From Pirellulales bacterium (GTDB lineage: Bacteria; Planctomycetota; Planctomycetia; Pirellulales; Pirellulaceae): a DNA stretch of 64,000 nucleotides. Shown here in pieces: positions 18,285-28,789 of the stretch; the stretch's first letter is position 1; every line of letters begins with the position of its first letter. Location of the stretch: contig JAKUOW010000003.1 in NCBI GenBank assembly GCA_022451045.1, forward strand, positions 6,224 through 70,223. The letters are read 5' to 3'. The position numbers and the translations under genes are program-made. The notes below the pieces were generated by a model that saw only the letters and a list, made by a program, of their open reading frames with translations, had not been told where the DNA came from and made no database searches.

Positions 18285-19661
18285 ATGGTAAACGTATTTA
18301 ACTTTGGTGCTCAGGGTGATGGTGTAAATGATGACTGGGCCGCGCTGCAACATGCGATTGAAAGTGGTGATGGCGTACTTCATTTGAATAAGGGTACGTA
18401 TCGTATTACGAAGACCATCGAGCTGGATCTGACAAAACAGGGATTCGGTGGGATTCGTGGTGACAGCGGTGCAAGCCGAATCATTATGGACGGTGCAGGC
18501 CCAGCAATTCGAATCATTGGTGATCACGATGGCACAGCAAATCCCAAGACTTATGAAAACCATACATGGGAAAAGGAGAGGATGCCGATCATTGAAGGTC
18601 TTGAAATCTACGGGCGACATCCGGCATCTGTTGGTATTGAACTTCGCAAGACCACCAAGACAGTAATTACTCGAGTACTAGTAAGAGAATGTCAGCACGG
18701 AATTCACCTGGTCGAGAGGAATAGAGATTTCATCCTTTCGGACAGTCATCTGTTGAACAATACACACCATGGCCTGTACTTCGACAACTGTAACCTCCAC
18801 CAGATCATCGTTCATGGAAATCACATTAGTTGGAATAAACGGTCAGGCATAAAATCGCTAAACGGCGACGTACACAATCTCCAGATCACCGGAAATGATA
18901 TTGAGTACAACCACAATGCGGGTGTGGACAAGTCACCGAATGATGAACCACGTGGTGCAGAGATTTGGTTTGATGCGAGCGATGGTGTCATTAGTGAGGT
19001 GACAATCGCGAGTAATACGATACAGGCCACCATTCAGCCAGGTGGCTCAAACATTAGGATCTGGGGCGCTGATACTGATGGCGTAAAAGCTGCGCGCCTG
19101 TTTACCATTTCCGGCAATGTACTTGGTTCGCAGACCAGAGGTATCGAAATACGCCGCGCTCAGCGCATCGCTGTTACGGGCAACACGATATACGACTCTA
19201 AGGATAGATCCATCCTTTTCGAAGATTGTGGTGGGTTCGCAATCGGCTCGAACACGTTCGTTTGGCGTAGCGATGATGAAGCTGACCAGCGTGACGGAAT
19301 CTATTTAGAAGACTGTTATGACGGAACCATTACGGGCATAACCGCTACTCGGATGTGTTTTGGAAATGGCCAGCAGGGCGGCGCAGTGACGATGAACAAC
19401 TGCCATGATGTTTTGCTTGGGCAATCTCAGATCCTTGATAGTTTCACTCGCGGAGTCGACTTAATTGACTGTGAGCGATGTAGAGTGTCAGATTGTTCGA
19501 TTATTGATCGCCGTAAGGAGCCGAGATCTGCTCAGGCCGTTCGTGTGCGTGGTGGTCGGAATAATCTGATCCAAAACAACATGGTTGGTGGTGCCAGCGA
19601 TGAGTTGATAAGCATTTCAGATGGGGCGGGTGTGGCAGTAACCAATCACACGATATCCTAG
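18285..19661 (+). CDS. right-handed parallel beta-helix protein (pectate-lyase-3 / GH28-related N-terminus)
   Basis: The N-terminus is FNFGAQGDGVNDDWAALQHAI, followed by repeated beta-helix coils (xNxxIxGN...). No signal peptide is evident. Confidence 0.7.
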   Translation: MVNVFNFGAQGDGVNDDWAALQHAIESGDGVLHLNKGTYRITKTIELDLTKQGFGGIRGDSGASRIIMDGAGPAIRIIGDHDGTANPKTYENHTWEKERMPIIEGLEIYGRHPASVGIELRKTTKTVITRVLVRECQHGIHLVERNRDFILSDSHLLNNTHHGLYFDNCNLHQIIVHGNHISWNKRSGIKSLNGDVHNLQITGNDIEYNHNAGVDKSPNDEPRGAEIWFDASDGVISEVTIASNTIQATIQPGGSNIRIWGADTDGVKAARLFTISGNVLGSQTRGIEIRRAQRIAVTGNTIYDSKDRSILFEDCGGFAIGSNTFVWRSDDEADQRDGIYLEDCYDGTITGITATRMCFGNGQQGGAVTMNNCHDVLLGQSQILDSFTRGVDLIDCERCRVSDCSIIDRRKEPRSAQAVRVRGGRNNLIQNNMVGGASDELISISDGAGVAVTNHTIS

Positions 19662-19720
19662 GGGCTTACCAAAGCATTCTATTGAGTCGCTTCCATCGCG
19701 ATTAGCTGTTACTGTCACCC

Positions 19721-20953
19721 ATGAAGCAACCACACGCAGTCACGTCACCGCTCTTGAAGATTCTTGGTGTGTTAATATTTGCGCACTTGATTGTTGACTG
19801 GATCGCATCGACAGTTGTGCCCATCTTTCCGGACCTGGAACGTCAAATGGCGTTAGGCGAAGGCGGGTTTATCATCGGATACATCATTTGGAGAGTGGTG
19901 GACTCTGGTTCCCAAATGGTCTTCGGCTATCTCGGTGATCGATTTGATACAAGTCGCATGATCTGGCTTGGGCCGTGCATTTCTGTAGTGGCTTATTCCT
20001 TTCTAGGCTTTGTTACTTCGCCGGTGGTTGCGACGATTGTGTTAATGATTGGTGGTGCGGGAATCGCTGCATTTCATCCGGAAGCTGCAGTAATGGCAGG
20101 TTCATCGATGCCCAATGCACGTAATCGGGCGATGGCCCTATTTGCTTTGGCAGGATACATCGGACAATCTATCGGACCGTTTTACGCCGGTCGCCTAACG
20201 GCGGCACACGGTAATCTAAAAGTACTCGGCTGGTCGACCGTCTGGGCAATTCCGGCACTTGCTATCGTGGCATGGGGAATTCGTAATCGACCGAGAGCGC
20301 ACCCCGGAAGCTCGGCAGATGAGCACGACGACCAGCCAACAATAAAACGACCGGGATTGCGGGAGATGCTAAAAGATCGCGAGCGCATCATGGTTCAAGT
20401 TGTCGCGAGCGGAGCCTTACGAATTGTGCCGATCCTTGGTGTTCCCTTAGCTATTTCTTATATCCTTAAAGCAGCTGGTGAAACAAATGCATCCATTGGC
20501 GATTTCCAATCTGCATTCATGTTTGGATTGGGAGTTGGCGGAATGTTTTGTGCATTATTTGTGGGACCAAAGATAGAACGATTTATTCTTTGGTTTCCAC
20601 CGCTCCTTGCAGCGATTCCGGTTTTTGCCGTTGGATCGGTTACCGGGTTCAACCAGCTACTGATTATCGGTGTAGCGGGTGCGTTACTTGGCTGTACACT
20701 TCCGGTTTTCATTAGCTATGCACAACGCATGATGCCACAGGGGCAACGCCTGGCAAGCTCATTGACTATGGGTTTTAGCTGGGGAGTAGCATCTATCATT
20801 TCCGGGCTAGCCGTTAAGTTCTTGATGGCAAGTGGAAACTTAGACCAGATTTTTTGGTTCTTTGGAATCTGTTGCATCTTGTGTTCAATCGTGTGTATCG
20901 GATTACCAAATGCAACAGACGTCGAATCACCATCAGCAACGTCAGGAAAATAA
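19721..20953 (+). CDS. MFS transporter
   Basis: 410 aa with about 12 hydrophobic segments and a central charged loop. Confidence 0.75.
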   Translation: MKQPHAVTSPLLKILGVLIFAHLIVDWIASTVVPIFPDLERQMALGEGGFIIGYIIWRVVDSGSQMVFGYLGDRFDTSRMIWLGPCISVVAYSFLGFVTSPVVATIVLMIGGAGIAAFHPEAAVMAGSSMPNARNRAMALFALAGYIGQSIGPFYAGRLTAAHGNLKVLGWSTVWAIPALAIVAWGIRNRPRAHPGSSADEHDDQPTIKRPGLREMLKDRERIMVQVVASGALRIVPILGVPLAISYILKAAGETNASIGDFQSAFMFGLGVGGMFCALFVGPKIERFILWFPPLLAAIPVFAVGSVTGFNQLLIIGVAGALLGCTLPVFISYAQRMMPQGQRLASSLTMGFSWGVASIISGLAVKFLMASGNLDQIFWFFGICCILCSIVCIGLPNATDVESPSATSGK

Positions 20954-21697
20954 ATGGGACGTTACGACTTATTAATTTGTGACATAGACGGCTGCCTGGC
21001 GCCGGAGACTTCGGAGCCGATGAACATTGAGAAGCTGAGCTTGATTGCTGACCACAATCGCCGGGCAATAGCACGACAAGATCGGCCAATTATCACTCTA
21101 TGTAGCGGCAGGCCAATTCCATTTGTTGAAACCTTATGCCGTGTTCTGCAAAACACCACGGTTCCATGCGTAGCAGAAAACGGTGTATGGCTCTACGATC
21201 CATCCAACAACGGATATGCGATGGACGAGTCGATTGGCCCGGATGAAGTAAAGATAGTACATGCTGCTGAACAACGCATGATGGAGTTGTATCACGAGCA
21301 TGGTGTAAGGATTCAGCCCGGGAAATCAGCCTCGCTCTCGTTGTACCATCCGGATCCGAATTACCTTGAGAGTATTGCCCCGGCTGTTGAAAAGGAATTC
21401 CACTCACAGGGTTGGCCCCTTAGAGTGTCGCTAACCCTGTTCTATATCAACTGTGACTTCTCACAGATTTCGAAAGCGACAGGGATTCGCCGGTTACTCT
21501 CTCAAACCGGAATCGATCCTCATCGAACAGCAGGAATTGGTGACACATCCAGCGATCTGGGTATTGCTGAGGTGGTGGAGACATTCGGTTGCCCATCCAA
21601 CGCAATTGCAAGCGTAAAGGCTGCTGCGGATTTTATATCAGAGCATGAGCAAATCGACGGTGTATTGGACTTCATCCAATACCTTGAATCAAATTAG
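20954..21697 (+). CDS. HAD-superfamily (IIB-like) sugar-phosphate phosphatase
   Basis: It carries motif I LLICDIDGCL and motif IV GIGDTSSDL. The ATG immediately follows the MFS stop. Confidence 0.7.
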   Translation: MGRYDLLICDIDGCLAPETSEPMNIEKLSLIADHNRRAIARQDRPIITLCSGRPIPFVETLCRVLQNTTVPCVAENGVWLYDPSNNGYAMDESIGPDEVKIVHAAEQRMMELYHEHGVRIQPGKSASLSLYHPDPNYLESIAPAVEKEFHSQGWPLRVSLTLFYINCDFSQISKATGIRRLLSQTGIDPHRTAGIGDTSSDLGIAEVVETFGCPSNAIASVKAAADFISEHEQIDGVLDFIQYLESN

Positions 21698-22647
21698 AAA
21701 CCGACAGCCTGCATAAGTCCTTTCATGTAACCATATGCATACAGTCGGCCAAGTTGCGTATATCCGGGTTCACCCTCATCTTCCCCAAAAAGCTGTGGCA
21801 CGTGATCGGGGCGTATTGGACCGGTGTATCCAATGTCTTTATAAGCCTGCATTGCGGCAACCATATCGGTTGGCCCACTATCGTGCCATGTTTCGCGGAA
21901 ATCCTCCTTGGACCCTTCAATGTCACGGAAGTGAATATATCGGATGTGAGGTCCGAGTAGTCGAATGGTCTCCGGGATATTAGCACCAATTTCCGCAAAG
22001 CTACCCTGACAGAAACAGATACCGTTGCTAGGGCTGTCGACAATGTTCACGAGTCGCTCAAATCCTTCAACGGAATTCATTATTCTAGCGCGTCCCATAA
22101 ATTCATCGAGTGGCGGATCATCCGGGTGCATGGCAAGTGCGATGCCAAGATCTTCGGCGATGGGGATTACGCGAGTCAGGAAATACTCCAAATTTTCCCA
22201 GAGTTCATCTGCGTTTAGTGACTGGTGTTCCAATTGCTTTGATGGTTGATCCAGAGATTTAGCATCATCGATATCGGAAAGTTTGAATTCAGTGACTCTT
22301 GCTCCGCCACGGCTTGGAACGTCCAGTCGTGTTCTTACCCAATCCGTTCCGGCCATGAAGTTGTAACAAAGAACGGGAATCTCAAGTGAATCCATAATCC
22401 GGAGTAGATTGTGGATTCCCTCGATTTCATTATCACGATTCGGGCCGCCACAAATAATGTGTTCCGTTTCAAGCGCATCTTCCACAACCGCTGGAGTAAG
22501 GCCAAAATTTCGGATTTGTTCTACTACTGGTTTCCAGTCTTCGATATTTGGACCCTGATTACGCAGAGTGATATCCGTTACGCCGCATTGTGCTGCCAAT
22601 GCGAGGTTTTCATCTGATAAGGGTGTTAACACAGAACCTAGACGCAT
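21694..22647 (-). CDS. uxuA: mannonate dehydratase (UxuA) family protein
   Basis: The C-terminal pattern IHFRDI...FRETWHDSGPTDM...GPIRPDHVP...PGYTQLGRLYAYGY aligns with the UxuA C-terminus. Confidence 0.6.
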   Translation of the reverse strand: MRLGSVLTPLSDENLALAAQCGVTDITLRNQGPNIEDWKPVVEQIRNFGLTPAVVEDALETEHIICGGPNRDNEIEGIHNLLRIMDSLEIPVLCYNFMAGTDWVRTRLDVPSRGGARVTEFKLSDIDDAKSLDQPSKQLEHQSLNADELWENLEYFLTRVIPIAEDLGIALAMHPDDPPLDEFMGRARIMNSVEGFERLVNIVDSPSNGICFCQGSFAEIGANIPETIRLLGPHIRYIHFRDIEGSKEDFRETWHDSGPTDMVAAMQAYKDIGYTGPIRPDHVPQLFGEDEGEPGYTQLGRLYAYGYMKGLMQAVGF

Positions 22648-22668
22648 GTTGTTATTCCTCGTGGTCGA

Positions 22669-23457
22669 CTATTCTTTTGGTGGATCCGGTTGCTGCCACA
22701 CACTCATGCCGCCATCGACCATTAGCATGTGTCCGTGGACATGTCGAGCTGCGTCACTGACAAGATAAACAGCGCCCTCGCCGCAGACGTCAGCCGTTGG
22801 AACGGTTTTGTTCGGTGTATGGTGTTCCATCCAATTTTTGAATTCAGGGTCATCCAGTGCAGGTGCGGTCAGGGGCGTATAGAACAACCCCGGAGCGATT
22901 CCATTTACACGAATGTTCATTGGTGCGAGCGAGACGCACAATGACTTAACCATAGATTCAACCGCGCCTTTTGATGTGTCATAAGCTGTGTGAACATCCT
23001 CTGCGAGCTTGGCATTGATCGAGCCAACCATCAGCACACGCCCGTTGATTTCGTCAGCCACCCAGTTCCGACAGAACCTCTGGGTTAAAAAGTAATACGA
23101 ATAGACATTCAATCTCATCGTTTTCTCGAACGTCTCATGGTCCATTTCAAGATACGGCTTGTCGATATATGTTCCGGCATTATTCACGAGTATGTCTAGG
23201 TTGCTGTTTGCTGAAAGAGCATTTTGGTAGACATGATCCACACATTGCTGTGTGCTACCAGCTAAATCACCCGTGATAAGTTTAGCCTGCACACCTTCAG
23301 CCCGGCACATCTCAAGTGACTGAGCAGCTGCCGCATCGTCATGTAACCCATGCAGGACAAGATCCGCTCCAGCCTTTGCGAATGCCACTGCAATTGCCTG
23401 CCCGACACCCTGCGTGGCACCGGTGATTAATGCTGCATGTCCTATTAGGTCAATCAT
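22669..23457 (-). CDS. SDR family oxidoreductase
   Basis: It carries [13 protein letters not shown] (TGxxxGxG) and YDTSK (YxxxK). Confidence 0.8.
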   Translation of the reverse strand: MIDLIGHAALITGATQGVGQAIAVAFAKAGADLVLHGLHDDAAAAQSLEMCRAEGVQAKLITGDLAGSTQQCVDHVYQNALSANSNLDILVNNAGTYIDKPYLEMDHETFEKTMRLNVYSYYFLTQRFCRNWVADEINGRVLMVGSINAKLAEDVHTAYDTSKGAVESMVKSLCVSLAPMNIRVNGIAPGLFYTPLTAPALDDPEFKNWMEHHTPNKTVPTADVCGEGAVYLVSDAARHVHGHMLMVDGGMSVWQQPDPPKE

Positions 23458-24086
23458 GAAGTAACCTCAACATCCTCGAATCCATTTAGCATTAATTCAT
23501 CTGGACGGCGGGCGGCCATCGCTTTCTTGAAGTGCAATCGACAGACACTTGTATATTGGTCATTGCCCCCAATTTTGATTTGCGCGCCTTGTTTAATCAC
23601 GTTACCTTTTTCATCCAGACGCAGGACCATGGTGGCTTTGCGACCGCAATGGCAGATTGTTTTAATCTCTGTGATCGTATCTGCCCAGGCTAACAACTGC
23701 TCACTGCCCTCAAATAGGTTTCCTTGAAAGTCCGTGCGAAGCCCGTAACAGAGAACCGGTATATTAAGCGCGTCAGCAACGTCAGAAATCTGTTTTACCT
23801 GTTGCCGTGTCAAAAACTGAGCTTCATCAATCAGTACACAGTCGCGATGACAATTCTCATGGAGTTTCTCTACCAATGAGTACATGTCATCTGTTGGATT
23901 AAATGTAACTGCATCTGCTGAGATCCCGATTCTAGATACAACTTGTGCAGCACCGTCGCGATCATCCAATTCAGGACATAGCACAAGCGTCTGCATCCCG
24001 CGTTCCTGATAGTTGTAACTTGCCTGCAATAGTGTCGTCGACTTACCCGCATTCATACTGGAGTAGTAGAAGTACAGCTTTGACAT
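23454..24086 (-). CDS. tdk: thymidine kinase
   Basis: It starts [30 protein letters not shown] (P-loop) and has C-terminal Zn-ribbon Cys pairs. The start is ATG 24086, and its stop overlaps the SDR start by 4 nt. Confidence 0.9.
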   Translation of the reverse strand: MSKLYFYYSSMNAGKSTTLLQASYNYQERGMQTLVLCPELDDRDGAAQVVSRIGISADAVTFNPTDDMYSLVEKLHENCHRDCVLIDEAQFLTRQQVKQISDVADALNIPVLCYGLRTDFQGNLFEGSEQLLAWADTITEIKTICHCGRKATMVLRLDEKGNVIKQGAQIKIGGNDQYTSVCRLHFKKAMAARRPDELMLNGFEDVEVTS

Positions 24087-24187
24087 ATGAATGGGAATTA
24101 TGAAGAACAAGGGGACGGTGTAGACCTACAAGGTGTTTGATCAGGAAAGTCTTTTTTAACACCCTCGTACAGCGTTGACTACAACGA

Positions 24188-25390
24188 TTAGCGTATTCCG
24201 TTACGGCCAAAGTACAAAACAGAGACGGCTGCCAATACTCCTGCGACCGTTAAGAACATGGCATCATAACTGACTTGCTTGGCGATGATCCCCAGAATCC
24301 AGGACATCAGTATATGGCCGCCGTCGAATGTCATTGTTGCTAAGGCCGTACCTGATCCACGTTCGCTTGGTGCGAATTCACTTAGAATGATGGAAGTCAT
24401 GGAGTGGTATATAAGTGCGTGGCCACTGCCGCAGAGAAATGCAGGTATCACAATTAAATATGGATTGTCTGCTGTAACCAGTGTGTATGTAAGCATGCCG
24501 AAAAACATCGAAACCACACCAGCCAAGAGTACTTTCCGTCTGCCAATACGGTCGGGTAGCTGCCGAGTTAAGATTCGAAGTGACATTCCCCAGCCGGCAT
24601 AAATTAAAAAGAAGAGAGTTACAAAAGACACCCCTTCAAGCTGGATGCCTTTGTCGTCAATCCATCTGGTGAAAAATGTCAGAGGAATCGTCATACACAT
24701 CCCAAAGCCGGCATTTACGGCGATAACCGTACCAGGCCAGTTCTTTCTGGCGATAGCAAAGAATGTCAGCAGGCCACTCGGACCACTTCTTTCTTCACGT
24801 TCGGGTACAGGCAAGATGAGAATTAGCAGTGCTGGAAGTGCGAGGCATCCCATGACGGTCATAAACATGCGGTCAAACACACCATCGGTGTATGGTCCAG
24901 TTCCAAGTACAAGATCCCAAAGTGCAGGTCCGACCATCAAGCCGATGAAACCGGCAACTCCAAGACTTCCGATCGCTTCAGCACGACGTGAATCCGGAGC
25001 GATAAGCGTTGCGTAGGTGAGCATGCTGGAAAACACAAATGCTGCACCTAAAGCTAAGCCGCCACGAAAGAGATAAATAGTCCAATGAAGATCATCGATC
25101 AGCAGGTTACCGGCCGTACCGCTGGCAAATACGACATATCCGATAGCAAGTGTATTCTTCGTGCCAAGGAAGTTGATGAGCTGTCCGATCCACGGTCGAA
25201 GTACCAGGCTAGCGACCATACCGCCGGCAGTAATCTGTCCAACCGTATCCACGGAGCCACCAAGATGCTTGATAAAGCGTCCATAGTGTGCAATGACCGC
25301 ATTGGACATCACAAATCCGATTTGGCCCAGAAACATCACCGCAAATGCAGGTGTATACAGCCGTTCTTGATTAGAGGTCGATGGTGTCAT
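24188..25390 (-). CDS. MFS transporter
   Basis: It is multi-pass hydrophobic. The first ATG is at 25390; the ORF opens at GTG 25408. Confidence 0.7.
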   Translation of the reverse strand: MTPSTSNQERLYTPAFAVMFLGQIGFVMSNAVIAHYGRFIKHLGGSVDTVGQITAGGMVASLVLRPWIGQLINFLGTKNTLAIGYVVFASGTAGNLLIDDLHWTIYLFRGGLALGAAFVFSSMLTYATLIAPDSRRAEAIGSLGVAGFIGLMVGPALWDLVLGTGPYTDGVFDRMFMTVMGCLALPALLILILPVPEREERSGPSGLLTFFAIARKNWPGTVIAVNAGFGMCMTIPLTFFTRWIDDKGIQLEGVSFVTLFFLIYAGWGMSLRILTRQLPDRIGRRKVLLAGVVSMFFGMLTYTLVTADNPYLIVIPAFLCGSGHALIYHSMTSIILSEFAPSERGSGTALATMTFDGGHILMSWILGIIAKQVSYDAMFLTVAGVLAAVSVLYFGRNGIR

Positions 25391-25413
25391 GCAATACTTG
25401 ACATGCACGGATT

Positions 25414-25429
25414 TGGCATGCTGGTGGCG
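25414..25429 (+). promoter_or_regulatory. weaker sigma-54-like element TGGCATGCTGGTGGCG
   Basis: It has GG-N10-GC spacing. The flank GGATTTGGCATG resembles GAATTTGGCATG at 53608-53619. No full palindrome accompanies it. Confidence 0.25.
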
Positions 25430-25618
25430 GGTAGGTAGCGGGCGGTGGGATAAAGCAGCAATATACAGCTAAAGTGCTAAATGAAATAGATGAACCGGTA
25501 GACCCAAAACTTCTTCAGCAAGATCCGTGTCTACAGATACAATGGTTGTATAAGCGTCTGAAACGTGTGTAACGGCACATCTCAGAAAGTACACCTTGTC
25601 ACGAGTGTCGACCTATAT

Positions 25619-27382
25619 ATGTGGACATCAAGAATATTTTGGCGACCGTTGGTGCTGTTTGTGCTGCTGATTGTGATCAGTGGTTTCATTGCGCATTCAA
25701 TGATGTCAATGTTGCAGCGTCAACAACTGATTGATCAGCTTGATCTTCGTTTGCGCAGTATTGCCGTAGCGATTAGACCTCAGGTCAATGAGCACCTGTC
25801 GGAGAATCAAGAAGTCGCGATCGACTCGTTTGTCGAAGACATTTCAGAGCAAACTAAGGCACGAATTACCATCATAAAACTCGATGGATTGGTGCTTGCT
25901 GATTCGCATCAAGATCCAACGAAAATGGAACGGCACAATCAACGAATGGAAATCGTGGCTGCCATTCGTAGTGGAGAGGGTAATTCTGAGCGGCATAGTT
26001 CCACATTGGATATGGACATGCGGTATTTCGCAATTCGCATCGGCTCAGAATCTAATCCAATAGGAACAGTGCGCGTGGCTTTGCCTACATCTGAAATCGA
26101 CCGCGAAGTGGCAGCGATTCAGAACTCTATTGCTCGATTGATTGGAATTGTAACGGCCAGTGGTGTGCTGATTTGCATGATTATAGTCGCGTGGATGACT
26201 CGCCCTCTGACTTTTCTTATAAACGAAACTCGCGAACTAACGATGGGACAGCTTGGAGAGACCGTAAACCTGACAGGTGGAAACGAAATTGATGAGCTTG
26301 GTCGGACTTTGAATGAGTTGAGCAGAGAATTGGCCACAAGGATGGCGATGCTTGAAGATAATCGTGGCCAATTACTCGCAACGCTTGAAGGGATGGATGA
26401 GGGAGTTGTCTCGGTCGATACCGATGAGCGGATCAGATTTGCCAACGAAGCAGCATGCAAGATATTTGACTTAAGCATGCCAGATGACGCAGGCAGGCCC
26501 GTATGGGAAGTGATGCGAAACCAGATTGTCGAATCGACTATTGTCGATGTGCTTGCTTCCGGTGAAACTCAACGAGTGGAAATAGAATTACTTGGCCCGC
26601 CACAACGATTCCTGTCGACAACGGTGTCCTCCGTGCCCGGAGCGTCTGACGGTGGTGTAATACTCGTGCTACACGATATTACTGATTTGCGAAGGCTCGA
26701 AAACATGCGTCGCGAGTTCGTTGCGAATGTTTCGCATGAGTTGAAGACTCCGCTAGCATCGATTCAAGCTTACTCTGAGACTCTATTATCCGGCGCATTG
26801 GATGATGAACAGAACAACGAGGGATTTGTACAGCGAATTGTGGAGCAAGCTGAACGATTGAGCGCACTCATTCAGGATCTTCTTAGCCTGGCCAGGGTGG
26901 AGGCTGGAAACCACCCGTTCGAATTTGTGGATCTGAATATGGCAAGCTTCCTTCAGGAATGTCTTGAATACCACAAGTCGCGTGCGCGAAAACGAGAGGT
27001 TGAATTGGGTCTTGTGCTACGTACACAAGATGTGTCCGCACACGTCGATCCAGAAGGCATGCGGCAGATCATGGATAACCTGATCGATAATGCAATCAAA
27101 TATACGCCTGCCGGTGGTAGTGTTGATGTTGAATTGGATGTCGATGGGGATGATGTGCACATTGTTGTAAGAGACAGCGGGATCGGAATTGGTCAGATTC
27201 ACATTGAGAGGATATTCGAGCGATTTTACCGCGTCGACAAGGCCAGGTCGCGAGAACTAGGTGGAACTGGATTGGGTCTAGCCATCGTCAAGCACTTGGC
27301 CGGTGCATTTGGTGGATCTGTAGAGGTTGAAAGTACCGCTGGCCAAGGCACTTCTTTTATCGTACGCCTTCCACAATGCTAA
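25619..27382 (+). CDS. phoR: phosphate-regulon sensor histidine kinase (TM-HAMP-PAS-HisKA-HATPase)
   Basis: It carries the H-box FVANVSHELKTPL, the N-box DNLIDNAIKY and G-boxes DSGIGI/GGTGLGLAIV. It is adjacent to phoB-phoU-pst. The start is ATG 25619 (MWTSRIFWRP + TM). Confidence 0.8.
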   Translation: MWTSRIFWRPLVLFVLLIVISGFIAHSMMSMLQRQQLIDQLDLRLRSIAVAIRPQVNEHLSENQEVAIDSFVEDISEQTKARITIIKLDGLVLADSHQDPTKMERHNQRMEIVAAIRSGEGNSERHSSTLDMDMRYFAIRIGSESNPIGTVRVALPTSEIDREVAAIQNSIARLIGIVTASGVLICMIIVAWMTRPLTFLINETRELTMGQLGETVNLTGGNEIDELGRTLNELSRELATRMAMLEDNRGQLLATLEGMDEGVVSVDTDERIRFANEAACKIFDLSMPDDAGRPVWEVMRNQIVESTIVDVLASGETQRVEIELLGPPQRFLSTTVSSVPGASDGGVILVLHDITDLRRLENMRREFVANVSHELKTPLASIQAYSETLLSGALDDEQNNEGFVQRIVEQAERLSALIQDLLSLARVEAGNHPFEFVDLNMASFLQECLEYHKSRARKREVELGLVLRTQDVSAHVDPEGMRQIMDNLIDNAIKYTPAGGSVDVELDVDGDDVHIVVRDSGIGIGQIHIERIFERFYRVDKARSRELGGTGLGLAIVKHLAGAFGGSVEVESTAGQGTSFIVRLPQC

Positions 27383-28062
27383 GCGTGCATACGATAGCCG
27401 ACGCCACGAACAGTCTCGATCAGAGCTGATTTATCACCGAGCTTTTTACGTAGCGCACGGATGTGAACGTCAATGGTGCGCTCTAGCACTAAAGTGTTAT
27501 CCCCCATCAGACTTTCCATGAGATCATATCGAGAATATGCTCGTCCCGGATGGACCATGAGTTGCCATAGGAGCTCGAATTCGGTTGGTGTCAGTTGAAA
27601 TGTGGCACCGTCATTGAGAGCTTTGTATTGAAGGCGGTCAAGAACTATGCCACGGTATTTCAATATGTCTTTTTCATCACTCGATGCTAACGTTCTGCGT
27701 AGCAGTGACTTGATACGGGCTAACAACAAAGCCACTTTAAAAGGCTTTGAAACATAGTCATCGGCCCCCGTTTGGAACCCGACTAATTCATCAATCTCTT
27801 CACTCTTAGCTGTGAGCATCACGATAGGAATATCCTGAGTCACCTGAGACGACTTCAGATTCCTACAAATCGCCAATCCATCAAGTCCAGGTAACATCAG
27901 ATCCAGAAGAACAAGGTCGGGGAGTAACTGCTTAACGGCAGCTAATCCATCAATGCCATTATCCCGTGAGTGCACAATATAACCTTGTGACTCGAGGTTA
28001 TATGTTAAGACGTCAATCAGCGTTGGTTCATCTTCGATGATTAAGATTGTCTCGCCAGCCAT
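27379..28062 (-). CDS. phoB: OmpR/PhoB-family response regulator
   Basis: It has a receiver domain (ILIIEDE...DLVLLDLMLPGLDG) plus a winged-helix C-terminus (RGVGYRM). It is the last gene of the pst-phoU operon. Confidence 0.8.
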   Translation of the reverse strand: MAGETILIIEDEPTLIDVLTYNLESQGYIVHSRDNGIDGLAAVKQLLPDLVLLDLMLPGLDGLAICRNLKSSQVTQDIPIVMLTAKSEEIDELVGFQTGADDYVSKPFKVALLLARIKSLLRRTLASSDEKDILKYRGIVLDRLQYKALNDGATFQLTPTEFELLWQLMVHPGRAYSRYDLMESLMGDNTLVLERTIDVHIRALRKKLGDKSALIETVRGVGYRMHA

Positions 28063-28123
28063 GACTCACATTCTCAATGAGTGGGGAAACATTGTTTCGA
28101 AATAAGGATGTACTCGCAGTATG

Positions 28124-28789
28124 TTAATGACCGTGTCGCACATCATCGCCTTTGACCATGTAGATCACTTCTTCGCACACATTGCACGCCTGATCACCAA
28201 TACGTTCGAGCGAGCGCCCGATAAGGATCTGCGACAATCGTCCAGCGATATCAGTTGGGCCGGAGATCATCTCGCGAACAACTTCATCGCTTAGAAGTTC
28301 TTTCATGATTTGATCATTCAGCGAATCGATCAATTCGTCATGGCCGAGAGTGGATTCTGCCAACTCTGCATCTTTGTTTACATAAGCCGTCACAGCATCG
28401 TGAACGATTTCCCGTGTCATCTTTCCCATTTGTAACAAGCGGTCCTGGGGTGATGCCACGCTCTTTAAGTGCATCATCTCCAGAGAATTAATGATATTCG
28501 TCGCCTGGTCTCCCATCCTTTCCAGGCTGGTTGCTATGTGCGAGGTAGTCAATAGATATCGCAGATCCGATGCAACCGGAGTGAAGACGGTGAGCATCCT
28601 CACAACTTCCTGATCGACGTCTATTTGCATCTGATCAAGTTCCTGCTCCTGCTGATGAATATTCTCTCGTGTCTCATCCTCAATTGACTCAAGGGAATCG
28701 ACAGCCAGAGCGAGCATGGATTCTGCTCGTTCAGCCATTTGTACGAGGCGATGTTGTAAATCAGTTAATTCCTGATCAAACCTTTTCAT
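28124..28789 (-). CDS. phoU: phosphate signalling complex protein PhoU
   Basis: 221 aa with two PhoU repeats (LERMGDQATNI / LERIGDQACNV). Confidence 0.9.
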   Translation of the reverse strand: MKRFDQELTDLQHRLVQMAERAESMLALAVDSLESIEDETRENIHQQEQELDQMQIDVDQEVVRMLTVFTPVASDLRYLLTTSHIATSLERMGDQATNIINSLEMMHLKSVASPQDRLLQMGKMTREIVHDAVTAYVNKDAELAESTLGHDELIDSLNDQIMKELLSDEVVREMISGPTDIAGRLSQILIGRSLERIGDQACNVCEEVIYMVKGDDVRHGH

